DNA of 64,000 nucleotides from Camelus dromedarius. Its lineage: Eukaryota. Positions 62,731 through 64,000 of this stretch are shown piece by piece (the stretch's first letter is position 1; every line of letters begins with the position of its first letter). Location: NCBI RefSeq assembly GCF_036321535.1, contig NC_087436.1:119414001-119478000 (forward strand). The letters are read 5' to 3'. The notes under the pieces were generated by a model. The model was not told the origin of the DNA. It saw only the letters and a list, made by a program, of their open reading frames with translations, and ran no database searches. Made by a program: the position numbers and the translations under genes.

Positions 62731-64000
62731 TTTTGTTTTTGTTTAAGCTCTGTAGATGAATCTGACCTATGGTCAGTTTTGAGAAGCACTGACTTGCTAG
62801 GAAATTTTGAACCTCTGCTCTAGTGAAGTCATGTGGATAAAATCTTATTAAAGAAGTCTTAACGGGATAGCCTGGCAGGAGGTGGTTATGGCTTAATGGT
62901 CCCCCAGTTGCTCGAGTTATTGGGAAATGGGGAATGGATTCCTGTAGATAAATTAGTAATACTTACTTCTTGTTTATATTAATGTGTGGAAGGTGTATAA
63001 GATATTAGCAAATAAAGAAAAAGAAAACACTTGGAGTCTTAATGCCCCCAAGTAACTGTTGTCTGCATTTTGGTATTTTCCTTTTGGTAATTTTTGCACT
63101 TAAAAAAATTTTTTTTAAAGAAAAGACTGTTTGAAAAGTCTCTGTCGTCTGAGCAGATGTCAGAGGGGGTCAGGGCTGCAGACATTTGGGGATGCTTTAG
63201 AACAGAGTTTGTGATTTTTTTTAGACATAACACTATGTACATAGATGTGAGGGATTGGCACTATTGTCAGGAAAGAGAAGGAGAAAGTTTAAGTCCTGTT
63301 TGGGCTCTGAGGCAGCTGCTGGTTGTGGCAAGGATAGTTCCAGGAAAGGACAGGCTTGCAGGTTTCATTGTCCTGGACTGAAAACACATTGTCCTGGGAG
63401 CAAAGATAGTACATGTGTTTGGGTTTGTATAACCTGGAATGTCTTGAATGGCCTTCTGGAATTTCAGCTCAGCAATGAGATGTTAAAAGAGAGAATCCCA
63501 GAAGAAGGCAAATCCAGGACAACTTACAGTGATACTCATTCTCACTTCTGGGTTCTCGGAAAATCATAAATCATCATAAATAGCGGGAAGGATGAGCCTG
63601 GGTGGTCAGTACAGGTGACTGGCCTACAGGTGAATTCTAAAACAATTCCATTTCATTTAAAAATGATAAATTCCTTCATTTTTATCACCCCATATGCCTT
63701 TGGAAAATGGGTTTGAACCAGCTTACAGAAAGATCAGGTCCCAGTTGTGAGTAAGAAGGACTAAGCACGCTCAAACCTGTCTCTCCTAATGAATGCAGCG
63801 ATAAAACTTGAACTTAGTACACGAAGCAGCAATTTGAGATTCTGAAAAGGAAATAGTAGCACATGGATTGGGGAAGAAGACCAGAATTGGAAATCCTGCT
63901 TGCAGCTGTCAGTCTCCCCCCTTTTCCCCTACTACACTGTGTTCTTGAATGGCAGGAACTGTGTTACAGTGTTCTTTGAATCCCCGGCAGAAAAAAAAAA

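Overview
Mammalian genomic DNA, almost certainly from a camelid (camel, alpaca or llama), because it carries three copies of the camelid tRNA-derived Vic-1 SINE. The window holds the 5' part of TBC1D14 on the + strand. That comprises a CpG-island promoter (~14.85-16.1 kb) with two candidate non-coding first exons, coding exon 2 (ATG 24376, donor after 25094) and coding exon 3 (58032-58152). The two coding exons join in frame across a 33-kb intron; the TBC domain lies beyond the window. The rest is intergenic or intronic DNA full of L1, L2, MIR, hAT/MER and LTR relics, and almost all ORFs in the six-frame track are noise. I see no new multi-gene system. The best leads are regulatory. (i) Both candidate first exons carry strong-context uORFs, one of which would end in an AUGA overlap with the TBC1D14 start codon. 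(ii) A perfect 6x20-bp GC-box repeat lies between the two first exons. (iii) An intronic promoter-like exon at ~37.2 kb is phase-matched to exon 3 but has an in-frame TAG. (iv) A TSD-bounded L1-derived insertion looks internally deleted (HAL1-like). Repeat family names come from recalled consensus sequences, not from a database search.
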